DNA of 64,000 nucleotides. Source: an uncultured Nitrososphaeraceae archaeon. GTDB taxonomy: Archaea > Thermoproteota > Nitrososphaeria > Nitrososphaerales > Nitrososphaeraceae. The stretch covers positions 1 to 64,000 of the forward strand of contig CAWIMJ010000046.1 in NCBI GenBank assembly GCA_963837175.1. Reading direction: 5' to 3'. Under the pieces are notes generated by a model, which searched no databases, was not told where the DNA came from, and was given only the letters and a program-made list of their open reading frames with translations. Shown here in pieces: positions 1 through 10,754 of this stretch (position 1 is the stretch's first letter; each line of letters starts with the position of its first letter). Both the position numbers and the translations under genes were made by a program.

Positions 1-2
1 CT

Positions 3-375
3 GTTACAACATTCTTTTTCTATACTGTAGAACATACTGATCAAACTTCCCGAATTAAAACTATGGGAGATGCATTGTGGTGGACGATACAAACGATGTC
101 CACTGCTACCTATGGTCCCAAGCCTTTTACTTCTGCAGGAAAAATTATAGGAAGTATCACTATGATTATTGGAGTTGGAATTACAGGCGTTTTTATATCA
201 ACCCTTGCTGCAGGATTGACGAGATTAAGAACACAGAAGCGCAGTGATTCAACTAGATTATGAGATGAAGCAAGCGATAAAAAGCAAGATAGATTGGTTA
301 GAGGAGTTAAGCGAGACAGACATCCAAGTTCTTCTATCGATGATAAAAAGTCTTCATGATGTTCACAGAAATTAA
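3..375 (+). CDS. Potassium-channel-family protein, 3' part (5' end outside window); one-base frameshift near 251
   Basis: Frame open from base 3: VTTFFFYTVEHTDQTSRIKTMGDALWWTIQTMSTATYGP..SAGKIIGSITMIIG = pore helix/filter/S6. After removing one A at 251-252 it continues SLDYEMKQAIKSKIDWLEELSETDIQVLLSMIKSLHDVHRN* (TAA 373-375). Confidence 0.8.
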
Positions 376-926
376 AATCCAATTTATAACATCAGATAAA
401 TTGACACTTATGATATAATAGTAATCTGCTTTATGGCTTTGACCAAAACCTATTAAATCAACAATTATTGTATGAAAATATTTTGATAAAGGATCTGCGA
501 TATCCTTCCAAATAACAGCTGAGATATTGTTGGTTGATATAATATTTCTTTCAGAAAATAGTTTTCCTTACCGATTGCGATATAAATTCCTAAATTATCA
601 TACTCAAACTCCTATGTCCATTTATCATTTCCAATATTATTTATCACTTAAAAATGAGAATATTATTACGTCAATCAAGTTGTGATATAGTTAAGTAACT
701 TCAATGTCAAAGCATTATTGCATAATGATATAATATGTCAAAGATAATAATGATTTATTAAATATTGCTATTCTAGTTCCATTTTCATTATGATTTAATT
801 ATATTAGATAATATTTTTACCAGATAATACTTATTAATAAATATGTTTCTATAAATACTTCATTAAAAAGACTATACTATAACTTAAGATATCGGAGGAT
901 CAACATTTAATTTAAGGCATATTCAT

Positions 927-1295
927 ATGGCAGAATCCAGTCAAGATCTTGCTCACATTTATCTTGAGCAAATGACTAACTATGTAGTATTTGGTTTAGA
1001 AGCTATAATAATTATCATTATTATAGCAATAGTAGCAGTTACGTTAATAGAGGTTTTTAGAATATCTCTTTCAAGTTTAAAGAAAAAAGAAGAACAACAA
1101 CGACCTAAACGTATCCGCGAGATGGTATCACGAATGTTGAGGGGGTTGTTAATATCTCTAGATTTCTTAGTAGCCGCTGATATTCTTAAGACTATTCTGG
1201 TTCCATCATTGTTTGAACTTGCCTCACTTTCAGTTGTTGTAATTATAAGAATTTTGCTAAGCTGGTCGCTTTCAAAGGAATTAGAGAGCCAGTAA
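927..1295 (+). CDS. DUF1622 family membrane protein
   Basis: RGLLISLDFLVAADILKTI..PS..ELA.L..VVIIRILLSWSL..E matches the DUF1622 signature. Confidence 0.85.
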   Translation: MAESSQDLAHIYLEQMTNYVVFGLEAIIIIIIIAIVAVTLIEVFRISLSSLKKKEEQQRPKRIREMVSRMLRGLLISLDFLVAADILKTILVPSLFELASLSVVVIIRILLSWSLSKELESQ

Positions 1296-1642
1296 CAATA
1301 ATGAAAGAGAACACAGTCAATTGCCAAAGTTTAAAGAGAAAAATATTTTACTATTATTACTATTATCCTCAAGTCAGACATAAAACAAAATACCTTAAGT
1401 GGAATTCATGCAATCTTCTTTATTGATAATTCTCTATCTCTTCCTTTTTCTTTAATTCAATCTTCTTTTTTATCACATAAATAATAGCATATTAAAGTTG
1501 TTACCTAGTATAAGAGCTCTCTTTTTTTATTATGCCTCACCTGGATTGAATGTCACAATATTTTATCAGAATTAAGAAATTCATTTAACTATGATTATGA
1601 ATATATATTTTATGATTATTCAAATGAAGGTAGGAAGTCAAC

Positions 1643-3145
1643 TTGAGTAGTAATGCGAATAATAATAACAATATTAGTACAAATATTCCAGCAAAGGAAA
1701 GAGCTTTGGTATTGCAAGGAGGAGGATCCTTGGGCGCCTATGAAGCAGGCGCATACAAGGCGCTATACGAATGGCTTTCAGTGAAAGACAAAAAAGACGG
1801 GAGAAAGAAAAGTTCAACCTTTGATATCATTGCAGGTACATCGATAGGTGCTATGAATGCGGCAGTTCTCACAAGTTACGTTATCGAAAATAGTACTTAT
1901 GAAGGCTCTGCCGAGAGACTTATCGATTTTTGGAATTATTTGTCAAAAGAATCAATGGTAGATAGTAATCCATGGTTTAAGCCATGGTGGGACTATTTAC
2001 ATAATATTAATAATGCTATTGCAACAGGAGAAGCAGCCAGAAGATACTATTCAGCGAGGGAATTTGCCATATCCGGAGTACCAAACGTATTTTCTCCTCT
2101 CACACCTATGCCTGATAACAAGTTTTTTGATCTTTATTACAATACCTGGTATCGCTTTAGCAATAAACCGTTGAAGCGAAGTTTAGAAAAATTTGTAAAG
2201 TTTCCTATAGCAACAAGTTATGAAGAAAATCAACCTAGACTGATATTGGTCTCAGTTGATGTAGCCGATGGTCTGCCTGTAACATTTGACAGCTATGCGA
2301 AAGAAGATGGTGCCAGGAAAACAGAATATGGACGATATATTAAACAAGACAGCAAGGAAATAGGTTTTGAACGTGTTATCAGATACGATAATGGGATCAC
2401 TTTAGATCAAGTTATGGCAAGTGGCTGCTACCCTGTTAATTTTGATTATGAATCACTAGAGGTTGAAAGCTACTATGATCCTATTAATAATACTGATAGC
2501 TTCCTTAGCAGGAACATCGAGAATAGTAGTAATGGAAGTAGTAGTACGGATACCAGTCCTCCTGCTCGTGTCTTCAGAGAACACTACATAAAAGAGATGC
2601 GATACTTTTGGGACGGCGGAATGATGTCCAATACTCCGTTAACCCAGCTAAACCTACTCCACAGAAATCATTGGTTTAAGACTAGAGGATTAAAAGACAA
2701 GGTTCCCACTCTAGGAGTATGTGTAATCAATGTACATCCTACAAGACAAGCAGAAATCCCTACCGATCATGATGGTGTAGTAAACAGAAATAATGATATT
2801 GCATTTTCTAATCGGAGCCATACAGAAGAAGAGGTATTATTGCTAGTATCTGACTATGTAGACCTGGTAAGAGATTTGATAAAAATAGCAAGAGACAATG
2901 GAGTCAAAGAAAAAGTAATTGATAACTTATTGAACCAAAGTACCAAATATCATGGCATGAGCTTAAGACCTAGACTAAACAAAGACATTGTAGAGGGGAG
3001 ATTTGACATAGCTGAAATAATAAGAATAGAAAGAAAGAATGACGAACATACTATTTCAGACAAGACATTTGATTTTTCATCTGGAACAATTAGACATTTA
3101 CTCAATAATGGTTACAAAGATACCATCGACTACACAATACAATGA
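1643..3145 (+). CDS. Patatin-like phospholipase/esterase
   Basis: ALVLQGGGSLGAYEAG oxyanion loop, GTSIG nucleophile elbow, WDGG catalytic Asp; C-terminal KTFDFS..TI......GY.D tail. Confidence 0.92.
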   Translation: MSSNANNNNNISTNIPAKERALVLQGGGSLGAYEAGAYKALYEWLSVKDKKDGRKKSSTFDIIAGTSIGAMNAAVLTSYVIENSTYEGSAERLIDFWNYLSKESMVDSNPWFKPWWDYLHNINNAIATGEAARRYYSAREFAISGVPNVFSPLTPMPDNKFFDLYYNTWYRFSNKPLKRSLEKFVKFPIATSYEENQPRLILVSVDVADGLPVTFDSYAKEDGARKTEYGRYIKQDSKEIGFERVIRYDNGITLDQVMASGCYPVNFDYESLEVESYYDPINNTDSFLSRNIENSSNGSSSTDTSPPARVFREHYIKEMRYFWDGGMMSNTPLTQLNLLHRNHWFKTRGLKDKVPTLGVCVINVHPTRQAEIPTDHDGVVNRNNDIAFSNRSHTEEEVLLLVSDYVDLVRDLIKIARDNGVKEKVIDNLLNQSTKYHGMSLRPRLNKDIVEGRFDIAEIIRIERKNDEHTISDKTFDFSSGTIRHLLNNGYKDTIDYTIQ

Positions 3146-3328
3146 CGAATTGAATATATACTCTTCTTCCATTACTACTGCTACCTTAGACTGCAATATT
3201 ATTTGTTATCCTTCCAAGCCAGGTCTATTAAGAGAATAAGTACAAATCAGGAAAAATTATTGAAGAATTTAACTCCTTTATGTTCGAGAAAGGATTTAAA
3301 TGTAGATTATTATTAGTAGTAGTATAAA

Positions 3329-3892
3329 GTGTCTTCTTCTTCTCTTTCTGAACCCAAATCCCCAGGTTGGATGCGCGCTGTACAAATCGGCCTAGGTATA
3401 ATAGCTGTGATACTATCGATATTTGTCCTTGCTTCTCCAGCATTGACTGTCGTTTCAATAGTAGTATTAATTGCAATAGTTTTGTTAATAGTCGGAATTG
3501 AAAAAGTCTTAAGTGGTATATTTATACCAAGCAAATCACGTTGGGGTACCATAGGTCTTGGTATTATAGTTATTATATTATCTATTATAGTTCTGTCATT
3601 CCCAGTAGGAACAACTGCATTTTTGATAATCTTACTTGCAATTGCTTTACTAATTGATGGTATTGCAAGAGTAATTCATGGTATTACGGACAAGACAGGC
3701 CGTAGTTGGTCAAGGATGTTCAGAATTGCGGCAGGTGTAATAGCTATTGCATTGGCTTTAGTGATAATCGCATCTCCTGCTATAGGAGCAGCGCTTGTAG
3801 GCATATTACTAGGAATAGCTCTGTTAATAATAGGCATCGAAATCATAGCAAGAGGTATAGCTGGAAGAAAAATATCATTAACACAATCTTAG
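3329..3892 (+). CDS. HdeD/DUF308 family membrane protein
   Basis: Six hydrophobic helices in repeated G..A.IL....L..P hairpins. Confidence 0.8.
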   Translation: MSSSSLSEPKSPGWMRAVQIGLGIIAVILSIFVLASPALTVVSIVVLIAIVLLIVGIEKVLSGIFIPSKSRWGTIGLGIIVIILSIIVLSFPVGTTAFLIILLAIALLIDGIARVIHGITDKTGRSWSRMFRIAAGVIAIALALVIIASPAIGAALVGILLGIALLIIGIEIIARGIAGRKISLTQS

Positions 3893-4785
3893 GGTGGATA
3901 AAGAGAAGAGACAGACATCCTAATTTTCCTAAAATTTAAGATTATATCATTGCCTTTCAAATATTGATTGTGTCATGGTCTTTTTAGCCTATATATTATT
4001 CACATAATTCTACTAAGCCTAGATATATTATGTCATAACTGTAATTCTAACCTATCATCACAATCATAGGTTGTAGACTAAAATTTCATGATTCTTCAGA
4101 TACAGCACATATTTTTGTATCTTAACCGCATTATAAGAGAGATTGGAATAATTATGATTGGAAAACTAAAGCTAAGTCCAGATAATAAAAAGAAATTATT
4201 ATTAAGATTACCAGGACAAGGGGCACCAGGATTGTCCGAATAAGGGTAAGTCTTAATATAATGTTAGTGTGGATGTTGTTATTGTTATTAGGGCCATATT
4301 CTAGGATTCTTTTCTATATCCAGAACGTCTGGCATCTTTTGCCTATCTACTGAACTCAGATATCGTCTTACAACTGGATTTAGATTATATGCTACCCGCA
4401 CCGCAGTATGAAACCTAAGGCTTCCTAATTCTTCTTCCTTTCTTCTCTTTCTCTTCTTATTCTTCTGGCAATAGTGGTATTAGCAGTAGTAGCATTGGTA
4501 GTGATAGTGGAAGGTGCAACACTTACAAGCTGACAGATGCAGAACTCACAAGCTGAGGATCCCTAGCCTGGATCTATAGCCATAACGCGGCGAGCAGACG
4601 GATTAACTGGACATCCTTGACTACCTAAATAGTCTTAAAGAAGCCTGTATCAGAAGACTCTACCAACAAATGGATCAGTAAAGGAATCAACTTGGAATTC
4701 AATTTTTCATTTAAAACTATCTTTATTGCTAAAATAGCATCGGGTTCGTCCGTCATTTACCAACAAGACTCTCTCTTGGTTATTA

Positions 4786-6564
4786 TTAATCAACCACATT
4801 TACATTTAGTTGTTGATTAATAAGTGGCAGGGTAAAGTAAAAAGTAGATCCTTTTTCTTTGCTATCAGCAATACTATTATTATCATTATCATTATTATTT
4901 TCAGCCCATATCTTGCCACCGTGGGCTTCCACAATACTTTTAGCGATAAATAATCCTAATCCAGTCCCTTGATAAGACTTTGAAGCAAATTTGGAAAATA
5001 GTTGTGGTAATATTTCAGAATCTATACCTTCACCAGTATCTTTAATACTAACGACAACTTCCTCTTTGTTATCATTCTTTTCTATTGTAATAATGATTCT
5101 ACCTTCTTTTGTGAATTTTATGGCATTGCTTAACAGATTGTAAATAACCTGCATCAGTCTGGTTCTGTCTGCTTCTACAAACATATCTTTAGGTTCATAC
5201 AATAATTTTATATCACCAATATTATCATTATTCCTTTTATTCTTAAATTCTCTATTTAGTATCATATCATCTATAGTATTTGTTATTACATCATTTAGAT
5301 TGCATCTTTCCTTGTTTAGTTTTAGCGAATGGCTCTCCATTTTTGTGACATCTAGTATGTTTTCTGTGAGTCGCTGTAGTCTTTTTGCATTTTTTGTGAT
5401 GATATCTAGTAATTGACGCTGTTTGGTATCTTTTATTTTAGCGTGGAGAACTTCAGACAAACCAAGTATTGGTTGGATAGGAGTTCGTAACTCGTGACTT
5501 GCCACATTAATAAAATCCTTTTGCATCTTATCATGAACTTTTAGTTGTTCATTGGCTGCTTCAAGCTGTTCATAGGCTTCCGCTAGTTCATTGTTTGATT
5601 CTACTAACTGTTCATACAATTCAGTTTGCATCCATAGCGTTTCAAATATTGACACATAAGATAAAACTGTTGATTTGCTATTAGAGTAGGTTGCTAATCC
5701 CATTGCTTCATAAGAGCTTTGTTTTGCATCATCTTTCAATTCTACCACTAAAGAAGCTACTTTATCTACAACTAAAATTCTGATTTTAGTTTGTGAAAAT
5801 CTTCCAATGAACCGAATTTCAATTCTCTGCTGATTTTGCTGCTGCCGGCGTCCTCCCATCAACTGTTGTGCTATCTCTTTTAATAGATCATCTATAGGTG
5901 TCAAAATTCTAATCTTAATGCCACGTTCTGCTGCTTCTGTTAACAACTTTATCATACCTGTACGCTCTTGACGATGGAATGCATTGGCAGTAGAGAATAC
6001 TAGCAGTATTTCATCTTTAGCAGATCTTACAAGCTTAGAAGCAAGTTTTTGTATTTCAAAAGGATTTCTGATAGTCTCTATAATTTCTGGTTCAATACCT
6101 TCTTCGATCTCTATTATTTTCTGCTCAGATGGTATGGCTCTGCTCCATAGGGTATCAAAGATAAACTGTTGCTGTTCTACAACTTCCTTTCTATTGCTAT
6201 AAGTAGCTTGTAATGCTTCTTCTTGCAAAGTTATAGATCCTAAATACTCTATCTCATTCAGTCCAAAGTTAGCTTCAATTTTATTCATATGACGAATCTC
6301 ATCTGTAATTTTCATTAGGTCTTTACAATATTGGAGATTTTCATTTGTAATTTCAAAAATGAATCTTAACCTTATACCTCTATTTTTTGCTGCAATTAAT
6401 ACTTTCCTTACTGATTCAAATAATGCGATTTTTAATGGAAAATTAGAATTACCACAAACATCTATTCCGTCCCTTGCATTAGAGAAAATATCCAATATTG
6501 CATTTACTACTTCAGCACGGTGCAATATCCTAGTCCTTGTTGGATTACTGGGTGAAAATCTCAC
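4786..6564 (-). CDS. Soluble sensor histidine kinase with two N-terminal TrmB/PLD-like domains
   Basis: H-box FINVASHELRTPIQPI, N-box QVIYNLLSNAIKFT, G1 DTGEGI, G2 GTGLGLFI; no TM segment; two repeats of RGI(R/K)(L/I)R....F(D/E)TLW. Confidence 0.93.
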   Translation of the reverse strand: MRFSPSNPTRTRILHRAEVVNAILDIFSNARDGIDVCGNSNFPLKIALFESVRKVLIAAKNRGIRLRFIFEITNENLQYCKDLMKITDEIRHMNKIEANFGLNEIEYLGSITLQEEALQATYSNRKEVVEQQQFIFDTLWSRAIPSEQKIIEIEEGIEPEIIETIRNPFEIQKLASKLVRSAKDEILLVFSTANAFHRQERTGMIKLLTEAAERGIKIRILTPIDDLLKEIAQQLMGGRRQQQNQQRIEIRFIGRFSQTKIRILVVDKVASLVVELKDDAKQSSYEAMGLATYSNSKSTVLSYVSIFETLWMQTELYEQLVESNNELAEAYEQLEAANEQLKVHDKMQKDFINVASHELRTPIQPILGLSEVLHAKIKDTKQRQLLDIITKNAKRLQRLTENILDVTKMESHSLKLNKERCNLNDVITNTIDDMILNREFKNKRNNDNIGDIKLLYEPKDMFVEADRTRLMQVIYNLLSNAIKFTKEGRIIITIEKNDNKEEVVVSIKDTGEGIDSEILPQLFSKFASKSYQGTGLGLFIAKSIVEAHGGKIWAENNNDNDNNSIADSKEKGSTFYFTLPLINQQLNVNVVD

Positions 6565-6975
6565 ATTACTATAAAAATAGGAACTCCGTATATAAGATTA
6601 TAATTTACTAAAAATCTATTGATTTTCAATTAACGATATTAGATGGGTATATATTTCCAATCTTCTTCCTTTTTCTTTTATATTATCGCAAGTATTTTTA
6701 GCTCTGCATTACTCCATCAGCTAATTATCAAGATATTCATGACATTATAGTATTCATATTGGTTGTATGTTAGTTAGAAAGTTATTGCAATGGTAACATT
6801 CAGACAATGAATGGTAATGAAGAATCTAATGAGTATACTATCATATTCAGTTCATTTCATTTGCTGCAATGCTTTAAAGACACTTATGGCAGATGCAGAC
6901 GTATGGAATATAAAAATTATTCGTCGATTTATACTTTGTAGCATTATTATCTTGAGGATATTAGAGTTAGTTCAT

Positions 6976-7966
6976 ATGTCACTCAACAAATCATGGCATG
7001 ATTACAATGAGTCATTAGTTAAACGAGGACGTATTCTATGGATATTGGAGGGATTTTTGAAATCATACAATAAGAAGATAAAGAGAATAAATGAATGAAT
7101 CAAGAAGGAAGGGTTGGAGCTCTATTTGGCTCCATTTGAATACTCTCATAGTTATATTCATTTTATTCATTTATTAAGATTGGATTTAAGATTGCTTATA
7201 GAATTATCTAATGAATAGTAGTAAGAGAATTGTCTGATTATATCAGAGGATTGAAGAAGAAATGTATTTTACACATATCAGAGAAGGGTTCTAAAGATAG
7301 ATTAAACCATCATCTGTAGAAAATCTAGGTTTTGAAGAAGGAGGAGAAAAGAGAGAAGGAGAAGATGATAAGCCAATGACATTGATAATCGATGCATCAG
7401 GTTTAACCATATCAAATAAGAAAGGAGATTATTATATAGCGAAGAGAAATAGATACCTAGGTAAAAGGAGTTTATCAAGCTGCATATTTCTATAGACGAA
7501 GAATCTAAAAAGATAGATAGGATCAATCATTCAGAATAAGGAAAGAAAATGTACACATGATACAAAAAGTTTAGTCAGTTAGTAAAGGAATCATATACGA
7601 CAACAACAACAGAAAGAACTTCAATATACTAGATGACATAAATGCTGAACCAGCTATTAATGGTATTAGAAAGAAAGGAAGGAGGAGAAGGAAAGGAAGG
7701 AAGAATGCATCTACCAGATCCATCCAAGGGCTGTCCATTAAGAAGAGATCAAGTCTTGCTTATCAAGAAGAAACTAAGATATGATGGATGTATGGAAAGC
7801 AGTTAAAGGATACAGGTAAAAGAAGATAGATAGATTACAGAGATTGTCTTTTCCTCACTAAAAAGAGTATAGGTGAAGAAGATCTCCTTTCAAAGAAATT
7901 CAAAGCACAAAAAGGTAGAAGCAGGACTGAAAGTAGTGTTATACAAAAAATTCATCAAACTTGTAA
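6976..7966 (+). mobile_element. IS5-family transposase, degenerate (many frameshifts/stops)
   Basis: Collinear fragments in shifting frames: MSLNKSWHDYNESLVKRGRIL, LIIDASGLTIS (first DDE Asp), KEFIKLHISIDEESKKI, EIVFSSLKRV, EDLLSKKFKAQK, EAGLKVVLYKKFI. Confidence 0.85.
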
Positions 7967-8096
7967 ACCAATCAACTATAACAATCTATAAGAAGTCAAA
8001 GCAAATATCGTAGTGTATTTCAGGGGAATTGAGCTATACACTATCTTTTATGTATTTTATATGTGTGTTTAGATTAAAGTATTCTGATAGAATCTA

Positions 8097-8984
8097 TTAA
8101 TGGAAGAATGCATCTACCAAAAATGCAATAAACAGTGCAGTCAAATAAGGACTCGAGAATTTAAAGACGATCCAAGATGCTTTCTCGCTAGGCTTGATTA
8201 GTAACCATATTGACAGAGCTATCATTGCTACACCAAAAATACATGCAGTAATTAAATAGATTAGACCGAATTGATTAAGGAAGAATGGGAGTATACTGAA
8301 GACTACCATTATCAACGTTGTCCATGCAATTACACGAACTGATTTCTTCTCATTATAAACCACTGGAAGCATTGGAACACCTGCTTTTGCATAATCTTTC
8401 TTGACATGTAGTGCAAGACTCCATATATGAGTTGGAATCCACAAGAAAACAAGACCTGCCATAATCAAACCAATTTCTATATGTTGAGTAGTTACTGCAA
8501 CATAGCCGATCATTGCAGGAGCGCCACCTGAAAAACCTCCTAAAATTATATTCATCTTACTCCTTCTCTTTAGCCATTTGCTATATACAAGAATATTATC
8601 AAATAATCCAAAAGCCATGAGTGCAAAAGTCCATATGTTAATAAACCATGAAAATACTAACGAAATCGCTGTTAGAATTACGCCAAATATGAGTGCGTTC
8701 TTTGGTGAAACTCTCCCTGATGGAATTGGTCTGCCTCTAGTCCTATCCATAATTGCGTCAATATCTCGGTCATTGTACCCCGTCAGCGTATCAGCGGCTG
8801 CAGAACCAGCAGCCACTCCACCGATAAGCAAGATCCAAGTTAATGGCTGAATAGGAATATTAAATAATAAAGATGCAGTAAGCGCGGATCCAAATGTTGT
8901 GAAAACTAATAGATACCAGATCTTTGGTTTTGTAAGTTCATAATAATTTCTGACTGTATTACCTACCGTCAGCTGTGGTATCAA
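8097..8984 (-). CDS. ctaB: Protoheme IX farnesyltransferase (heme o synthase)
   Basis: ELTKPKI, DRDIDAIMDRTRGRPIPSG, WIPTHIWSLA, DYAKAGVPMLPV. Confidence 0.95.
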   Translation of the reverse strand: MIPQLTVGNTVRNYYELTKPKIWYLLVFTTFGSALTASLLFNIPIQPLTWILLIGGVAAGSAAADTLTGYNDRDIDAIMDRTRGRPIPSGRVSPKNALIFGVILTAISLVFSWFINIWTFALMAFGLFDNILVYSKWLKRRSKMNIILGGFSGGAPAMIGYVAVTTQHIEIGLIMAGLVFLWIPTHIWSLALHVKKDYAKAGVPMLPVVYNEKKSVRVIAWTTLIMVVFSILPFFLNQFGLIYLITACIFGVAMIALSIWLLIKPSEKASWIVFKFSSPYLTALFIAFLVDAFFH

Positions 8985-9051
8985 ATTAAGAGTATCACTC
9001 TCTATAAGATAATATCTAGTTATTTATAATTTTCAAAAGCATTAGATAGTC

Positions 9052-9516
9052 TTACTTGGATATAGAAGTCGGATAAATTATTTCTCGAGTGGTCTTTCTC
9101 ATTTCTATAAAAGTTTCTGTTTTTTGAACTCCCTCAACATGACCGACCTTTTCTGAAATCAATTGATGTATTTCATCAAGGGAACGGGCGGTCATTGTAA
9201 CTAAAATATCAAATCTACCTGTTACTTCTGCAATTTCACGCACTTCTGGAATTTTGAATAACTCATTAAGGACATTATCTCTTAGTTTAGAATCCATATT
9301 AATTCCAGTCAGTGATCGGACAGTGAAACCAAGAGCCTCATCATTGATAACGATTGTAAACTTCTTTATTAATCCTCTCTTTAAAAGTCTCTTGATTCTA
9401 CTATAAACAACAGAAGCGTTGACATTAATTTTTTTTGAGAGCCTTGGTACAGAAATACCTGCATCTTTGGAAAGTTCTGTTAAAATTTTTAGATCCAAAT
9501 CATCGATTCTTCCCAT
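9052..9516 (-). CDS. Lrp/AsnC family transcriptional regulator
   Basis: IDDLDLKIL..L..DA HTH, RIKRL...GLIKKF, EVTGRFDI RAM domain. Confidence 0.93.
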   Translation of the reverse strand: MGRIDDLDLKILTELSKDAGISVPRLSKKINVNASVVYSRIKRLLKRGLIKKFTIVINDEALGFTVRSLTGINMDSKLRDNVLNELFKIPEVREIAEVTGRFDILVTMTARSLDEIHQLISEKVGHVEGVQKTETFIEMRKTTREIIYPTSISK

Positions 9517-9601
9517 TTAATATCCTATTATATCTCCAAATTAGGGATTAATAAACCTATTAATTTCAAATTTAATCACTTTTTTTTATAATAATAAAAA
9601 A

Positions 9602-10678
9602 TTATATTACATCTTTGTCCTTTAATAATTCTGCAAGTAACACAGCACCCTTTGCTGAACCCATTTTCTCATTATGTGATAACAAAATATATTTAACGCC
9701 ATTATCAAATACTGTATCTTTTCTTAATCTGCCTACAAATGTTGTCATTCCGTCGTTTATTTCTCTATCGATACGTGGTTGGGGCCTTGTCGGATCATCA
9801 TAGACAATGATATATTCTTTTGGAGTAGAAGGTAATTTTTTTGCTATCACAGATTTTGAGAACTTTAGCATTTCATTCTTTACTTTGTCTGGTTCTGCGT
9901 GCTTTTTTGTTTTCACAAAAACACTTTCTGTATGTCCATCCAACACTGGAACTCTAGTGCATGTACAACTAATTCTGAGTGGCGCGGGAACTATAGACAT
10001 AGAATTCAAAGTTCCCAGAATTTTCTTTGTTTCTACCTGAACTTTCTCTTCTTCTTTTGGAATGTACGGAATTACATTATCCATGATATCAAGAGCAACA
10101 ACACCTGGAGATCTTCCAGCACCTGACAATGCCTGCATAGATGTCATGAAAACATCGGAAATTCCAAATGCATTCATAATTGGGTTTAGAGTAATTACTA
10201 GACCAGTCGTAGTACAATTTGGAAGCGGAGAAATGAATCCGTTCCATCCTCTATTCTTCCTCTGAATATTCAGCAATTCTATGTGATCATCATTAATACC
10301 TGGAATCAATATTGGAATATCATTTTCATATCTAAAGGCAGCAGCAGTACTGATTACAGGGACTGATTGCGCAAACTTAGGTTCTATTATTTTTGCGTCG
10401 TCTGATTCAAGTGCAGTAAATACTAAATCGAATTTTTTTGGATCTATTTCTTCAACTTTACTAACAACCATGTCATGTATATAATCTGGAATTTGTTCCT
10501 TATTATGCCATCGCAGTATTCCAGAATTCGGATCTCGGAGAGCGTCTACGTATTTCTTCCCTGCAGATCTCTCAGATGAAGCAATGCAATTTAATTCAAA
10601 CCATGGATGTTTATTTAAAGCTATGACAAATTCTTGGCCTACAGCACCTGTTGATCCAATAAGTGCAACCTTTAACAT
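9602..10678 (-). CDS. asd: Aspartate-semialdehyde dehydrogenase
   Basis: GSTGAVGQ, PNCTT, MQALSGAG, CTRVPVLDGH, SHN...GSA.GAVLLAE. Confidence 0.95.
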   Translation of the reverse strand: MLKVALIGSTGAVGQEFVIALNKHPWFELNCIASSERSAGKKYVDALRDPNSGILRWHNKEQIPDYIHDMVVSKVEEIDPKKFDLVFTALESDDAKIIEPKFAQSVPVISTAAAFRYENDIPILIPGINDDHIELLNIQRKNRGWNGFISPLPNCTTTGLVITLNPIMNAFGISDVFMTSMQALSGAGRSPGVVALDIMDNVIPYIPKEEEKVQVETKKILGTLNSMSIVPAPLRISCTCTRVPVLDGHTESVFVKTKKHAEPDKVKNEMLKFSKSVIAKKLPSTPKEYIIVYDDPTRPQPRIDREINDGMTTFVGRLRKDTVFDNGVKYILLSHNEKMGSAKGAVLLAELLKDKDVI

Positions 10679-10754
10679 ATTTGCAAATGGAGGTCATATG
10701 TAATTAATAATCGTTTCATAGAAATCAACGACAAATACAGTATATACCAATTAT

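Noticed and set aside
4100-4760. Minus-strand fragments QGCPVNPS..IDPG*GSSACEFC, VSYCGAG, DNPGAPCP
   Set aside because: Probably a decayed gene, but no family can be assigned; the ferredoxin and rhodanese resemblances are too weak.
6811-7098. 95-aa ORF as an independent gene
   Set aside because: Its second half is the IS5 transposase N-terminus; the first half looks like non-coding read-through.
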